Source of the DNA: an uncultured Candidatus Saccharibacteria bacterium
GTDB lineage: Bacteria; Patescibacteriota; Saccharimonadia; Saccharimonadales; Saccharimonadaceae
Direction of reading: 5' to 3'
DNA: 64,000 nt
Assembly (NCBI GenBank): GCA_946222005.1
Contig: CAMIHP010000002.1
Coordinates: 25,322 to 89,321 of the forward strand
The notes beneath the pieces were generated by a model that searched no databases, was not told the DNA's origin, and was given only the letters and a program-made list of their open reading frames with translations. How positions within the stretch are numbered: position 1 is the first letter of the stretch; every line of letters begins with the position of its first letter. A program made the position numbers and the translations under genes. Positions 55,432 through 64,000 of the stretch are shown here, in pieces.

Positions 55432-56472
55432 GTGCGCTACAATGATGGCATGGAAACGCTCATGATCATCATCTTTGCTATCTTTGTGATTGCCCTCATC
55501 CTGGCTGGTAGTGCATGGCCTGATATACCGCCGGTGAGCCAATACGAGCTCGAGCGGCGTCGCCAGCAGAATAATCGCACAGCGATTCACCAGTTGCGGC
55601 GCATTGCTGTCTACGACGATCTCGTTTCGCTCCAGCGCTGCGTGGTGGCGCTATTGCTGGTGCTGATGGTGATGGCAAGTATTGGGGCATTTGACTTTGG
55701 TGGTGGTGTGCTGGTTGCGCTCGCGGTGGCACTGCTCTATGGTGGTGTGGGGCGGATTAGCTGGGTGCACGCGATTGCCCAGCGCCTCTATAATGCAGTC
55801 GAGCCGAGCTTCGTTAGTTTTGCCGGGCGGTTCCCGCGAGTGGTGCGCATTGTTCGTTCGTTTGTGCCGCCAGTAGAGACGAATCTTCGCCTAGGGTCGC
55901 GAGCTGAGCTTGAACATCTGGTGCGTCATGCTCGGCCGTCAGTCTTGCCGCCAGTCGAGCGTGAGCAAGCGCTGGGGAGCTTGACTTTTGCGCGTAAGAC
56001 AGTCGAAACAGTCATGGTGCCGCGCAATGCTATCAAGACGGTCGAGCAAGATGCCATGGTGGGGCCGCTGTTACTCGATGAATTGCACCGCACCGGGCAT
56101 AGTCGCTTCCCAGTGGTGGATGGCGACATTGATCATATTATTGGCGTGCTACACACCCGCGACTTTATGTCGCTTAAGGAGGCAGTGTCGGCTCAGGTGC
56201 AAACGGTGATGGACCCAAACGTGTACTACATCGATGGGGCACAGTCGCTCGAGCAAGCCTTAGGTGCGTTTATTAAGACGCGCCAACAGGTCTTCATTGT
56301 CGTCAATACGTATCGTGAGACGGTGGGGATGGTGACGCTGGACGATTGTATTGAAGCCTTGCTTGGTCATGCTCCCACAGCGGATGATGACGAGGTATAT
56401 AGCCAGCCAGTAGCATTGCCCGAACCCACGCAGCCGCGCGCCCTCCCCATGGGCGAGCAGAATGATGCCTGA
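55432..56472 (+). CDS. CNNM/CorC-HlyC-family transporter (DUF21 transmembrane domain + CBS pair), putative Mg2+/Co2+ efflux.
   Basis: N-terminal multi-TM DUF21 region. Tandem CBS motifs 'VMVPRNAIKTVEQDAMV...HSRFPVVDGDIDHIIGVLHTRDF'. Confidence 0.75.
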   Translation: MRYNDGMETLMIIIFAIFVIALILAGSAWPDIPPVSQYELERRRQQNNRTAIHQLRRIAVYDDLVSLQRCVVALLLVLMVMASIGAFDFGGGVLVALAVALLYGGVGRISWVHAIAQRLYNAVEPSFVSFAGRFPRVVRIVRSFVPPVETNLRLGSRAELEHLVRHARPSVLPPVEREQALGSLTFARKTVETVMVPRNAIKTVEQDAMVGPLLLDELHRTGHSRFPVVDGDIDHIIGVLHTRDFMSLKEAVSAQVQTVMDPNVYYIDGAQSLEQALGAFIKTRQQVFIVVNTYRETVGMVTLDDCIEALLGHAPTADDDEVYSQPVALPEPTQPRALPMGEQNDA

Positions 56473-56474
56473 AA

Positions 56475-58277
56475 TTGTGGTATAATCTAACAGATATGAC
56501 ACAACGAATACTTGCCAACCAAACGCCGGATTACACCGGTCAAACCATCACTGTGGCCGGCTGGGTACACGCACGGCGTGACCATGGTGGCCTGATTTTC
56601 ATCGACCTGCGCGACCATACTGGCCTGGTGCAACTGGTCGTCAGCCCTGAGCAAACTGCGGCCTTTGCCCTGGCGGAGCATGCCCGCGACGAGTATGTCC
56701 TGCGAGCCCGTGGCGAGGTCCGCCAGCGTGGTGAGGGCCTAGCCAACCCCAATATTGCCAGTGGTAGCATCGAGCTTGTGGTAAGCGAGCTAGAGGTGCT
56801 GAACAAAGCCGAGACGCTGCCTATCCAGCCCTTTAGCGAGACCAACCAAGCGGGTGAAGACCTGCGCTTTGCCTACCGCTACCTCGACCTGCGCCGGCCT
56901 AAGCTACAAACAATGCTGCGCCGCCGCGCCGATATGTACCGCCGCATGCGCCAGTATATGGACGAGCGCGATTTCATCGAAATCCAAACGCCGATTTTGG
57001 CTAATTCCAGCCCCGAGGGTGCGCGTGACTTCCTCATCCCCAGCCGCTTGCAAGAAGGCAAATTCTACGCTCTGCCACAAGCACCGCAGCAGTTTAAGCA
57101 GCTGCTGATGGTTGGTGGTGTGCCGCGCTACTACCAGCTGGCTGCTTGCTTCCGCGACGAAGACCCGCGCGCCGATCGCCTGTATGGTGAGTTTTACCAG
57201 CTGGATCTCGAGATGAGCTTTGTGGAGGATGGTGAGCAGGTCCGCCAGATGATGGAGCCACTGATGCAGCAGCTGGTGACGGACTTTGCTGGCAAAACAC
57301 TGCTAGACCTCAGCAACCTCCCAGCTGGTGATGGCCAGCCTATCCCGCGCATCCCATATCAAACTGCCATGGAAACCTATGGTAGCGACAAGCCAGATTT
57401 GCGCTTTGGTATGGAGCTTGTTGAGCTAACGGACGTGTTTGCCGACACCGAATTTGGCGTGTTCAAAAATGCTGAGTGTATTAAGGCAATCTGCGTCACA
57501 AACGGCGCGTCGCTCAGCCGCAAGCAGATCGATGGCTTTACTCAAATCGCCAAAGCCGAGGGCGCAGGTGGTCTTGCTTACATTACTTACCAAGATGGCG
57601 CAGCCAAGAGTCCAATTGCTAAGTTCCTGAGCGAAGAAGAGCTGGCTGCTATCCAAGCCAAGACGGGGGCTAAGGACGGCGATGCAGTCTTCTTTGGGGC
57701 TGATACGCGCCCAGTAGTTAATGCAGTGCTAGGGCGGCTGCGTAGTGAGTTTGCCGAGCACTTTGGCCTAAAGGATCCGCAAGTGGTGGCGCTGGCCTGG
57801 ATTATCGATTTCCCATTCTACGAGTGGGATGAGCATGCGCGCAGGCTCGACTTTGGTCACAATCCCTTTAGCATGCCAAAGGGTGGGCTCAGCACTTTGC
57901 AAGCCGCCCAGACGGATGACGATAAGTTAGCTATTCTGGCCGACCAGTTCGATATGGTGATGAACGGCTACGAAATCTGCAGCGGCGGTGTGCGTAACCA
58001 TAACCCGGCCGTACTGTATGAAGTATTTGGGCTGCTCGGCTATAGCCGGCAGTATGTGGAAGAGAAGTTTGGCGCTATGCTGCGGGCCTTTACCTACGGT
58101 GCGCCGCCACACGCGGGCTGTGCCTTTGGTATTGACCGCATCCTGATGGAGCTAATCGGCGAGCACAACGTCCGCGAAACCCTGGCTTTCCCTAAAAATG
58201 GCAGCGGTGTCGACGTCATGATGGACTCACCCGCGCAGGTAGAACCCGGGCAGCTGAAGGAGCTGGGGTTGTTGTGA
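56475..58277 (+). CDS. aspS: Aspartate--tRNA ligase (bacterial type).
   Basis: 600 aa. 'FIDLRD' anticodon-binding region, class II motifs 'FRDED' and 'GGVRNHN', and a C-terminal 'GLDRILM'-like 'FGIDRILMEL'. Confidence 0.95.
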   Translation: MWYNLTDMTQRILANQTPDYTGQTITVAGWVHARRDHGGLIFIDLRDHTGLVQLVVSPEQTAAFALAEHARDEYVLRARGEVRQRGEGLANPNIASGSIELVVSELEVLNKAETLPIQPFSETNQAGEDLRFAYRYLDLRRPKLQTMLRRRADMYRRMRQYMDERDFIEIQTPILANSSPEGARDFLIPSRLQEGKFYALPQAPQQFKQLLMVGGVPRYYQLAACFRDEDPRADRLYGEFYQLDLEMSFVEDGEQVRQMMEPLMQQLVTDFAGKTLLDLSNLPAGDGQPIPRIPYQTAMETYGSDKPDLRFGMELVELTDVFADTEFGVFKNAECIKAICVTNGASLSRKQIDGFTQIAKAEGAGGLAYITYQDGAAKSPIAKFLSEEELAAIQAKTGAKDGDAVFFGADTRPVVNAVLGRLRSEFAEHFGLKDPQVVALAWIIDFPFYEWDEHARRLDFGHNPFSMPKGGLSTLQAAQTDDDKLAILADQFDMVMNGYEICSGGVRNHNPAVLYEVFGLLGYSRQYVEEKFGAMLRAFTYGAPPHAGCAFGIDRILMELIGEHNVRETLAFPKNGSGVDVMMDSPAQVEPGQLKELGLL

Positions 58278-58807
58278 CAGCTTACCTCGTCACTGGTGTT
58301 GCAGGCTCTGGCAAGACAACATTGCGTAACATATTTCGCAGTCGAGGATACCAAACATACGACATCGACGAAGGCTTTGCGGGGTGGGTGCACAAAGAGA
58401 CGAATATCCCAGCGGTAGAGATTGATGAGCCAGTAGAGCCGCTTAATTTACATCATGAATGGCGAATTATCAGTAGTAGGTTGGAGAATATTATACGGCA
58501 GTCTCATGGACTGATGGGCGTCTTTGGCTCGGCCCATGATTTGTATCAGTATGCATATTTGTTTGACGCTATTTTTCTCCTTGAGTATCCGAGCGAGGAA
58601 GTCTTGCGGCAGCGAATCGCTCAGCGTCCAGCCGGTAGCTACGGTCAGGAACCTGGCGAGCTAGAAAATATCATTCGCTATTGGCCAGTCTACGAAGATA
58701 GCTTTCGGAAGATTGGCGCAACAACCATAGATTGCACGCAGCCGAGTGACACAGTGTTGCGGACAATCCTCACGCAAGTAGATCCACAAGCAAAGGACGT
58801 TCTATGA
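58274..58807 (+). CDS. P-loop NTPase, small nucleoside/nucleotide-kinase-like protein.
   Basis: Walker A 'GVAGSGKTT' at the N-terminus. GTG start overlapping the aspS stop by 4 nt. Confidence 0.5.
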   Translation: MTAYLVTGVAGSGKTTLRNIFRSRGYQTYDIDEGFAGWVHKETNIPAVEIDEPVEPLNLHHEWRIISSRLENIIRQSHGLMGVFGSAHDLYQYAYLFDAIFLLEYPSEEVLRQRIAQRPAGSYGQEPGELENIIRYWPVYEDSFRKIGATTIDCTQPSDTVLRTILTQVDPQAKDVL

Positions 58808-59229
58808 GCTGGGATCTCACCGCAATCAAAACAAAACGTCATGTCCAGTCGGTTAGCGACCTGACGGAAGAAGACTGCGTGCCGCTCGAGCACCAGCAGA
58901 TGATTACCGAGCTCAAAAAGATTGCCAAAGCATGCGATGCGCAGCTAGACACGCGCGACCCGTCGTGGCTTGTGATGGAGAAGAAAGAGTGGCTGATCGA
59001 ATTCAGCCTGAGCAAACATAGGGAGCAACTCATCACGATGGGGCTGCGCGTCAGGGGTAGTAGGGAGCCAACAGAGGTATTTGCGTATCTTATCCAACAG
59101 CTTGGCATGCGGCTGGTGGAATGGAGCACTGGCGAGTTCCTGGATCTATCCAAGCAGAGCAGCTTCGGTCGCTGGCAGGGGTGGAGTGATCGGGTGCTGC
59201 GAGACCTTGCAAAGTCACGAAAATCATAA
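58804..59229 (+). CDS. Hypothetical protein (translationally coupled to the upstream kinase-like gene).
   Basis: 141-aa ORF. ATGA overlap with the upstream gene. Confidence 0.35.
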   Translation: MSWDLTAIKTKRHVQSVSDLTEEDCVPLEHQQMITELKKIAKACDAQLDTRDPSWLVMEKKEWLIEFSLSKHREQLITMGLRVRGSREPTEVFAYLIQQLGMRLVEWSTGEFLDLSKQSSFGRWQGWSDRVLRDLAKSRKS

Positions 59230-59271
59230 GTGTGTTGCGCGTGTAATAAGAATAAAATAGAGACTAGCTAG

Positions 59272-59934
59272 TTACGATAGCTCTATCGTTTCTATCCGCT
59301 TATACTTCACTCCAACCTCAGTTGCCGCTGCTGTGCAAAGTGTATCAATCAATCCCTTGCCAGCATCGCTCAAGATAGCGTCATGAACAGGGAAGGCCAG
59401 GCGCGGGGCGACGGCCTGCAAGAAGCTGCGTGCCTCGGAGAACTTGAGCCATGGTGCAGCTACAGGCAGGGCGAGGACGTCGATGGGGCGCTGAGGCAAA
59501 GCGAAGGAATCGCCAGGGTAGTAGATACGATTGTTGATCAGCGCGGCAAGGTTGTGGAGGTGCGGAATGTCTGGGCTTACTACAGCATGCTCACCGCCAA
59601 AAAACTCAAGCGTGAATGGCCCAATCTGGTATGTATCACCAGGCACCGCGGCTATTGCATGACGGACAGAGAGTATGCCTTCTGGTAGAGATATCGTTGT
59701 ACTATCTACAACGATATCATCAACACTTATAATCTCTGCTTCAGGAAATGCCTGTATAATACGCTTGATGAGCGCAGGGCTACAGTGGTCGGGATGCGCA
59801 TGGGTAATGAGAACTGCCGCGACTTGCTGCGGCATAGCAAAATCGTCGGTGTATACGCCTGGGTCGACGACCAAGCTTTGGCCGTCAATTGTAATAGTAA
59901 AGCAAGAGTGGGCGAATTTAGTCAGCGTTGTCAT
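59272..59934 (-). CDS. MBL-fold metallo-hydrolase.
   Basis: 'HAHPDH' metal-binding motif and a downstream Asp/His pattern. Confidence 0.7.
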   Translation of the reverse strand: MTTLTKFAHSCFTITIDGQSLVVDPGVYTDDFAMPQQVAAVLITHAHPDHCSPALIKRIIQAFPEAEIISVDDIVVDSTTISLPEGILSVRHAIAAVPGDTYQIGPFTLEFFGGEHAVVSPDIPHLHNLAALINNRIYYPGDSFALPQRPIDVLALPVAAPWLKFSEARSFLQAVAPRLAFPVHDAILSDAGKGLIDTLCTAAATEVGVKYKRIETIELS

Positions 59935-60216
59935 ACATCTAGTATAGCGGAGAAGAGGGCAAAGTGATAGGTTGTTTCTTGCCGTGGTACTGGTTGAGAA
60001 TATTTGACTGGTGTCAGTAACTAGAGGGCTCCCTATAGTAGAGATACATATGTACGCTCAAAAATCGCTTCCCAGTGTAAGAACTGAGAAGTTTAGCCAT
60101 GGCGTAGTAGCATTTTCTGATATTTCACAGAGAAAATAGTAGGTAGGAGAGAGATAGTCCTGAAAGTAAGCTAGGAAATCATTGTGCTATCACCCGAAAT
60201 GTGACATTATAGCTGT

Positions 60217-60798
60217 ATGAATAAAACCATTCTCTTTGTGCCGGGCTTCCAAGAAGGGCGCGCCGACCGCGATTACGATACACTTATGAACCGCTGGCGA
60301 GCGATGGGCTACGCAGTGGAATTTGTACCAATTCAATGGCATCGCACTATGCAAAAACAGTGGTTGCAGACGCTACAAGAGCGGTATCAGCAGTATGATC
60401 CAGCTGAGACCATCCTGGCTGGTTTCTCATTTGGGGCGTGTATTGCGTTCTTGGCGGCGTGTGAGCAAGCACCAAGTGAGCTGTGGCTCTTCTCGCTGTC
60501 GCCATCATTTGCAGAGTGTGCAGAGTATTGGTCTAAGCGTGACTGGCGCGTGATCGGTAAGCAGCGGCTCGAATATGCCAAGCAGGTGAGCTTGGTAGCG
60601 GCTGCGCAGCGTATTACGTGCCCTGTGCAGATTTTCGTTGGCTCGGAGGAGTTTATTAAGTGGCCAGAGATGAAACTTGTCTTTGATACTGCCGTGCAAC
60701 ATATCCCCACCGTCCATGGCACAGTAGTAGAAGGCGCTGGGCATGCGGTAGATGATCCGCGGTATGTGGCGGCAGTGTGCGACGCAATAGAGCGGTAG
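60217..60798 (+). CDS. Alpha/beta-hydrolase fold protein (serine hydrolase).
   Basis: Nucleophile elbow 'GFSFGA' and a C-terminal His 'GAGHAV'. Confidence 0.55.
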   Translation: MNKTILFVPGFQEGRADRDYDTLMNRWRAMGYAVEFVPIQWHRTMQKQWLQTLQERYQQYDPAETILAGFSFGACIAFLAACEQAPSELWLFSLSPSFAECAEYWSKRDWRVIGKQRLEYAKQVSLVAAAQRITCPVQIFVGSEEFIKWPEMKLVFDTAVQHIPTVHGTVVEGAGHAVDDPRYVAAVCDAIER

Positions 60799-60850
60799 CT
60801 ATGGAACTACGCTAGCCGTTTCCTGGCTAGCGTGAGCTTGAGCTTTAGCT

Positions 60851-61798
60851 TTATTGTATGTGCTTTGTCTCTACGTCCTGCCAGTCGTTGTTGTGCCGGA
60901 GCTCGGCGCTGTCACCAGCGAAGACCGCTTTTGCTTCGGTATTGTCGCTCAGCGTCCAGAGGAACCAGGCGGTCATGTAGGCATCGCCATATTCGAGGAC
61001 ATCTTTGTGACCAACGGTCTTGCGCCGCGCGATGACGCTCGGCTTATCTGCATTAAGAGCGCGGAAGTTCTGCTGCAAGTCGCTCAGTGGGCTAATGGCG
61101 AGGTTGTCGCTTGGGCCAGTGCCAGCCATCATGTAGGTGGCTGTCTTGAGCTTGCTGGTGTCGTAGTGCCAGTTGTTGTCGTTTGCGGTGCCATGGCCGA
61201 CGGCGCTAGCAGTGTAGAGGGAGGTATAGCGGTTACTATTGCCGTATTTTGTGGCGGCATTGATAGCACCGGCACCACCTTGGGAGTGTCCAGCGATACC
61301 GATTTTCCTTGTATTGACGAAGTCCTTAATGGGGCTGCTCTCGGCAGTGTTGAGCTCTAGTGCAGCATCAAGCATGATCGATGTCGTTGCGCCAGTGCCT
61401 GGCCAGCCATCCTCATTACCAATGACAACAAAACCCCAGCTGGCCAAATGCTCGAAGATTGGCGCATAAGTAGACGCGTAGGTGGCGGTGCCATTGACCA
61501 TCAGCACAAGTGGGAAGGTTTGGCCCGGAGCGGTGCGCTGTGGAGTGTAGATGTGATACTCTTTGATGGCTGCGCTATCGCTGCGATGAGTGTGGTGCGC
61601 AACGCGGTAGGGGCCAGGCTTAGTATAACGCTGCTCTAATGTGCCACTGGGGCTCAATTTCGCAGCATAATCCTTCGCCACGCCGTCATCGCCAGTGATG
61701 CTTTGGTTGAGGTAATTCATATAAAGCACAAGCAGCACAAAGCACACGAAAAGTATTGCTATGATGATACCCAGAATTTTCAGAAGTTTTTTCGCCAT
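60851..61798 (-). CDS. Secreted/membrane-anchored alpha/beta hydrolase of the dienelactone-hydrolase / cutinase-PETase-like type.
   Basis: N-terminal TM 'KILGIIIAILFVCFVLLVLY'. 'IGIAGHSQGGAGA' nucleophile elbow. Start chosen at 'MAKKLLK'. Confidence 0.65.
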   Translation of the reverse strand: MAKKLLKILGIIIAILFVCFVLLVLYMNYLNQSITGDDGVAKDYAAKLSPSGTLEQRYTKPGPYRVAHHTHRSDSAAIKEYHIYTPQRTAPGQTFPLVLMVNGTATYASTYAPIFEHLASWGFVVIGNEDGWPGTGATTSIMLDAALELNTAESSPIKDFVNTRKIGIAGHSQGGAGAINAATKYGNSNRYTSLYTASAVGHGTANDNNWHYDTSKLKTATYMMAGTGPSDNLAISPLSDLQQNFRALNADKPSVIARRKTVGHKDVLEYGDAYMTAWFLWTLSDNTEAKAVFAGDSAELRHNNDWQDVETKHIQ

Positions 61799-61998
61799 CG
61801 GTATGTCCTTATTCGGTTCAATAATACTAGTAATATTATCTACTATACACCGGGTGCATAGTAATGGCAAGGGAGAGTGATTTCTTTTTTACACGGTATA
61901 TTTTGGCTCTGCTAGTAAGAGATCAAGTAGCTTTACCTCTTGGCTATGGCAGTGAAGCGCCTAAGCATTGCACTCACAAGAGCCAACGGTATATACTG

Positions 61999-62778
61999 AT
62001 GAGCATGTACGAACAAGAACTTCATACCGCGCAGCGGATTGCTCGCGAGGCGGGCGATATTATGCGCCGCTATTTTGATGGCGACCAACAGCGCCAGACC
62101 AAGGCGGATGGCACGCCAGTGACAATTGCCGATACAACAATCAACTCGCTGGTGATCCAGCGCCTTCACGAGACCTTCCCGGACGATGGCGTCATTGGCG
62201 AAGAGGAGAGCACGACGGGCTATGGCCTCGGGCGGAAGTGGCTGTGCGACCCGGTTGACGGCACAAAAGCCTTTACCTGGGGTGTACCCACAGCAATGTT
62301 TTCGCTTGCACTGGTAGTTGATGGTGTGCCAACCGTCGGTGTTGGTTATGAACCAATGACAGATCGGCTCTACTGGGCAGTGCGTGGCCATGGTGCCTTT
62401 TGCAACGGTACGCGGCTGCAGGTGAATCACCAGACGCTTGCGGAGGGGATCTTTGCGGCGTCGTGCAGCTATGCGAATATCCGCCGCCATAAGTATTATG
62501 ATAAGCTGATCGAACGCAAGGTGAGTACAGCAAGCATTAGTGGTGCAGTAGCCAAGAGTGTTCGCGTGGCTGAGGGGCGCTTCGTTGGGTATTATGCCGA
62601 GAAGGTGAATGCGTATGATATGGCAGCAGTGCACGTTATTGTTGAGGAGGCTGGCGGTAAGGTTACGAGTGTATCAGGCCAGCCGCTTAATTATGCGCAG
62701 CCATTTTGTGGTGCGCTTGTGTCTAATGGCGCTGTGCACGATGAGCTGATAGCAATAGTGTGCAGTGAGTGCTCATAA
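61999..62778 (+). CDS. Inositol monophosphatase family protein (IMPase/HisN-like).
   Basis: 'VIGEEES', 'CDPVDGTKAF', and 'WDMAA'-like 'AYDMAAV' motifs. Start chosen at 'MSMYEQEL'. Confidence 0.75.
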   Translation: MSMYEQELHTAQRIAREAGDIMRRYFDGDQQRQTKADGTPVTIADTTINSLVIQRLHETFPDDGVIGEEESTTGYGLGRKWLCDPVDGTKAFTWGVPTAMFSLALVVDGVPTVGVGYEPMTDRLYWAVRGHGAFCNGTRLQVNHQTLAEGIFAASCSYANIRRHKYYDKLIERKVSTASISGAVAKSVRVAEGRFVGYYAEKVNAYDMAAVHVIVEEAGGKVTSVSGQPLNYAQPFCGALVSNGAVHDELIAIVCSECS

Positions 62779-63969
62779 ATACCGCACGCTACCAAACGGT
62801 ATTTTGCGCTTCATCTGCGTAGCAATGCCGAGAGTATCGGCTGGCTGGACGGTGTGTGGGCCGTAGAACTGGTTGATCTCGTCGATTGCGGCGGTGAGAG
62901 CCTGGCGAGCTGATGGGTCGTCGAAGAGTGCGAGCTGCGCGTCTGTCTCGCTCGTAAGAAGATAACACGACATGCCAATCTCATAGGCGGGCAGTGGCAT
63001 CGATTGGGTGAGCTGCTTGACGATATGAAAGAGCGTGACGCCATCACACAGTGGATGCTCACGACGCTCGTGGTTGTGCCAGCGGCCTGTTTGATAACTT
63101 TTGGCATAGAGGCGCACACCACGGGCGCGCACATATTGCTGCCGGAGCGCAGCCGCGATGTCTTCGCAGAGGACGTGGAAGCGGCGCAAGACTTGATCGT
63201 AATTGAGATTTGGCTGATCAAGGACGAACTGTCGCCCGACTGTCTTAAGCGGGCGCTCATCACTATCTACCTCCCAACCGCGCAGCCGCTTATACCAGTC
63301 GCGTCCTGGCTTGCCATGAAACACCATGTGCTCGAGCGTTGCTTCGTCTGCGGCCAGAAAGTCGAGTGGTGTCTGGATACCAACCTGGTGGAGGCGCTTG
63401 CTGTAGCCAGCGGCAATACCAGTGAGGTCTTCGAGCGATAGTGTAGCGAGTACTGCATGGAGATTGTCTGCAGTGATGCAAGTTAGGCCATCGGGTTTAT
63501 TGATACCGGCAGCAATCTTAGCTAGCCAGCGGTTGGTGCCAATGCCAACATTGCAGCGCATGTAGTCGCCAACCTCGCTGCGGAGGCGCTGCTTGATCTT
63601 CTGGCCGATTGCCAGCGCGCCGCGTGCCCGGATGTCGGGCGGGCTTTGGCTTAGGTCGATTACCCCCTCATCAATGCTTTTCATGGTGGCACTGGGCGAG
63701 TAGTCGCTAAGGATGGTTGCAAGTCGGTGGTAGACATAGCGATACTTGGGTGGGTCACTTTCTAGCGGAACAATATCGGGGCAAAGTAGTCGCGCTGCGG
63801 GTAATCGCATACCGGTGTGTACGCCACGCGCTTTGGCTTCGTAGCTTGCGGTGACGATAGCTGCGTGTTGGTTGCGCCGATTAACAATAACGACTGGCCG
63901 GTGGCGGAGTAACGGCCGAGATTGCTGCTCGATCGTGGCAAAGCAGCTATTAAGATCGATATGCATCAT
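62773..63969 (-). CDS. Y-family DNA polymerase (DinB/UmuC-like translesion polymerase).
   Basis: 'MMHIDLNSCFATIEQ' (catalytic Asp region), 'SYEAKARGV', a palm/fingers/little-finger arrangement, about 398 aa. Confidence 0.8.
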   Translation of the reverse strand: MMHIDLNSCFATIEQQSRPLLRHRPVVIVNRRNQHAAIVTASYEAKARGVHTGMRLPAARLLCPDIVPLESDPPKYRYVYHRLATILSDYSPSATMKSIDEGVIDLSQSPPDIRARGALAIGQKIKQRLRSEVGDYMRCNVGIGTNRWLAKIAAGINKPDGLTCITADNLHAVLATLSLEDLTGIAAGYSKRLHQVGIQTPLDFLAADEATLEHMVFHGKPGRDWYKRLRGWEVDSDERPLKTVGRQFVLDQPNLNYDQVLRRFHVLCEDIAAALRQQYVRARGVRLYAKSYQTGRWHNHERREHPLCDGVTLFHIVKQLTQSMPLPAYEIGMSCYLLTSETDAQLALFDDPSARQALTAAIDEINQFYGPHTVQPADTLGIATQMKRKIPFGSVRYL

Positions 63970-64000
63970 CAGTGGTGGGGCGGGATTGATATTGCTATGA

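Overview
This 64 kb window looks like a gene-dense bacterial chromosome segment of about 55-58% GC, interrupted by several AT-rich islets of about 38-45% GC. No rRNA, tRNA, CRISPR array, transposase or integrase was recognised. Gene overlaps are frequent, and GroEL is divergent from the usual model-organism sequence. The gene content (arginine deiminase pathway, many secreted and membrane-anchored hydrolases) fits a small-genome, Gram-positive-like or candidate-phyla (Saccharibacteria-like) organism, but that taxonomic guess is weak.

Housekeeping content: groES/groEL, tyrS, aspS, a complete arginine deiminase operon (arcA-arcB-arcD-[DDAH-like]-arcC), a CsoR-type repressor with a CopB-type (CPH motif, His-rich N-terminus) P-type ATPase, a MarR regulator with a heterodimeric ABC exporter, a TetR regulator next to CorA, PadR with a PspC-domain protein, two DsbA-like oxidoreductases, an MFS and an ABC-2 transporter, a FtsX/MacB-type ABC pair, a GH18 chitinase-like enzyme, a GT2 glycosyltransferase, three Nudix hydrolases, a Y-family DNA polymerase, an inositol monophosphatase and several alpha/beta hydrolases.

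Two loci stand out:
1. An AT-rich roughly 7 kb island (about 43.9-51.1 kb) carries four tandem membrane-anchored paralogs. They have near-identical 5' ends and divergent 3' regions. A large lipase-class-3 / RTX-repeat protein follows immediately. Two degenerate copies of the lipase gene's first codons sit after paralogs 1 and 2. This looks like a previously undescribed toxin/immunity-like or variable-surface-protein cassette system.
2. A SipW-type signal peptidase fused to a LamG/concanavalin-like domain is directly preceded by a Thr/Gly/Ser-rich protein with a SipW-cognate-like signal peptide. This is a TasA/pilin-like fibre module.

Further oddities: a DDAH-family amidinohydrolase inserted in the arc operon; a 5'-truncated histidine kinase with no partner regulator; an orphan DinJ/RelB antitoxin; three divergent kinase-fold proteins; and an (AG)8 microsatellite inside a 10-codon micro-ORF that has a strong RBS.
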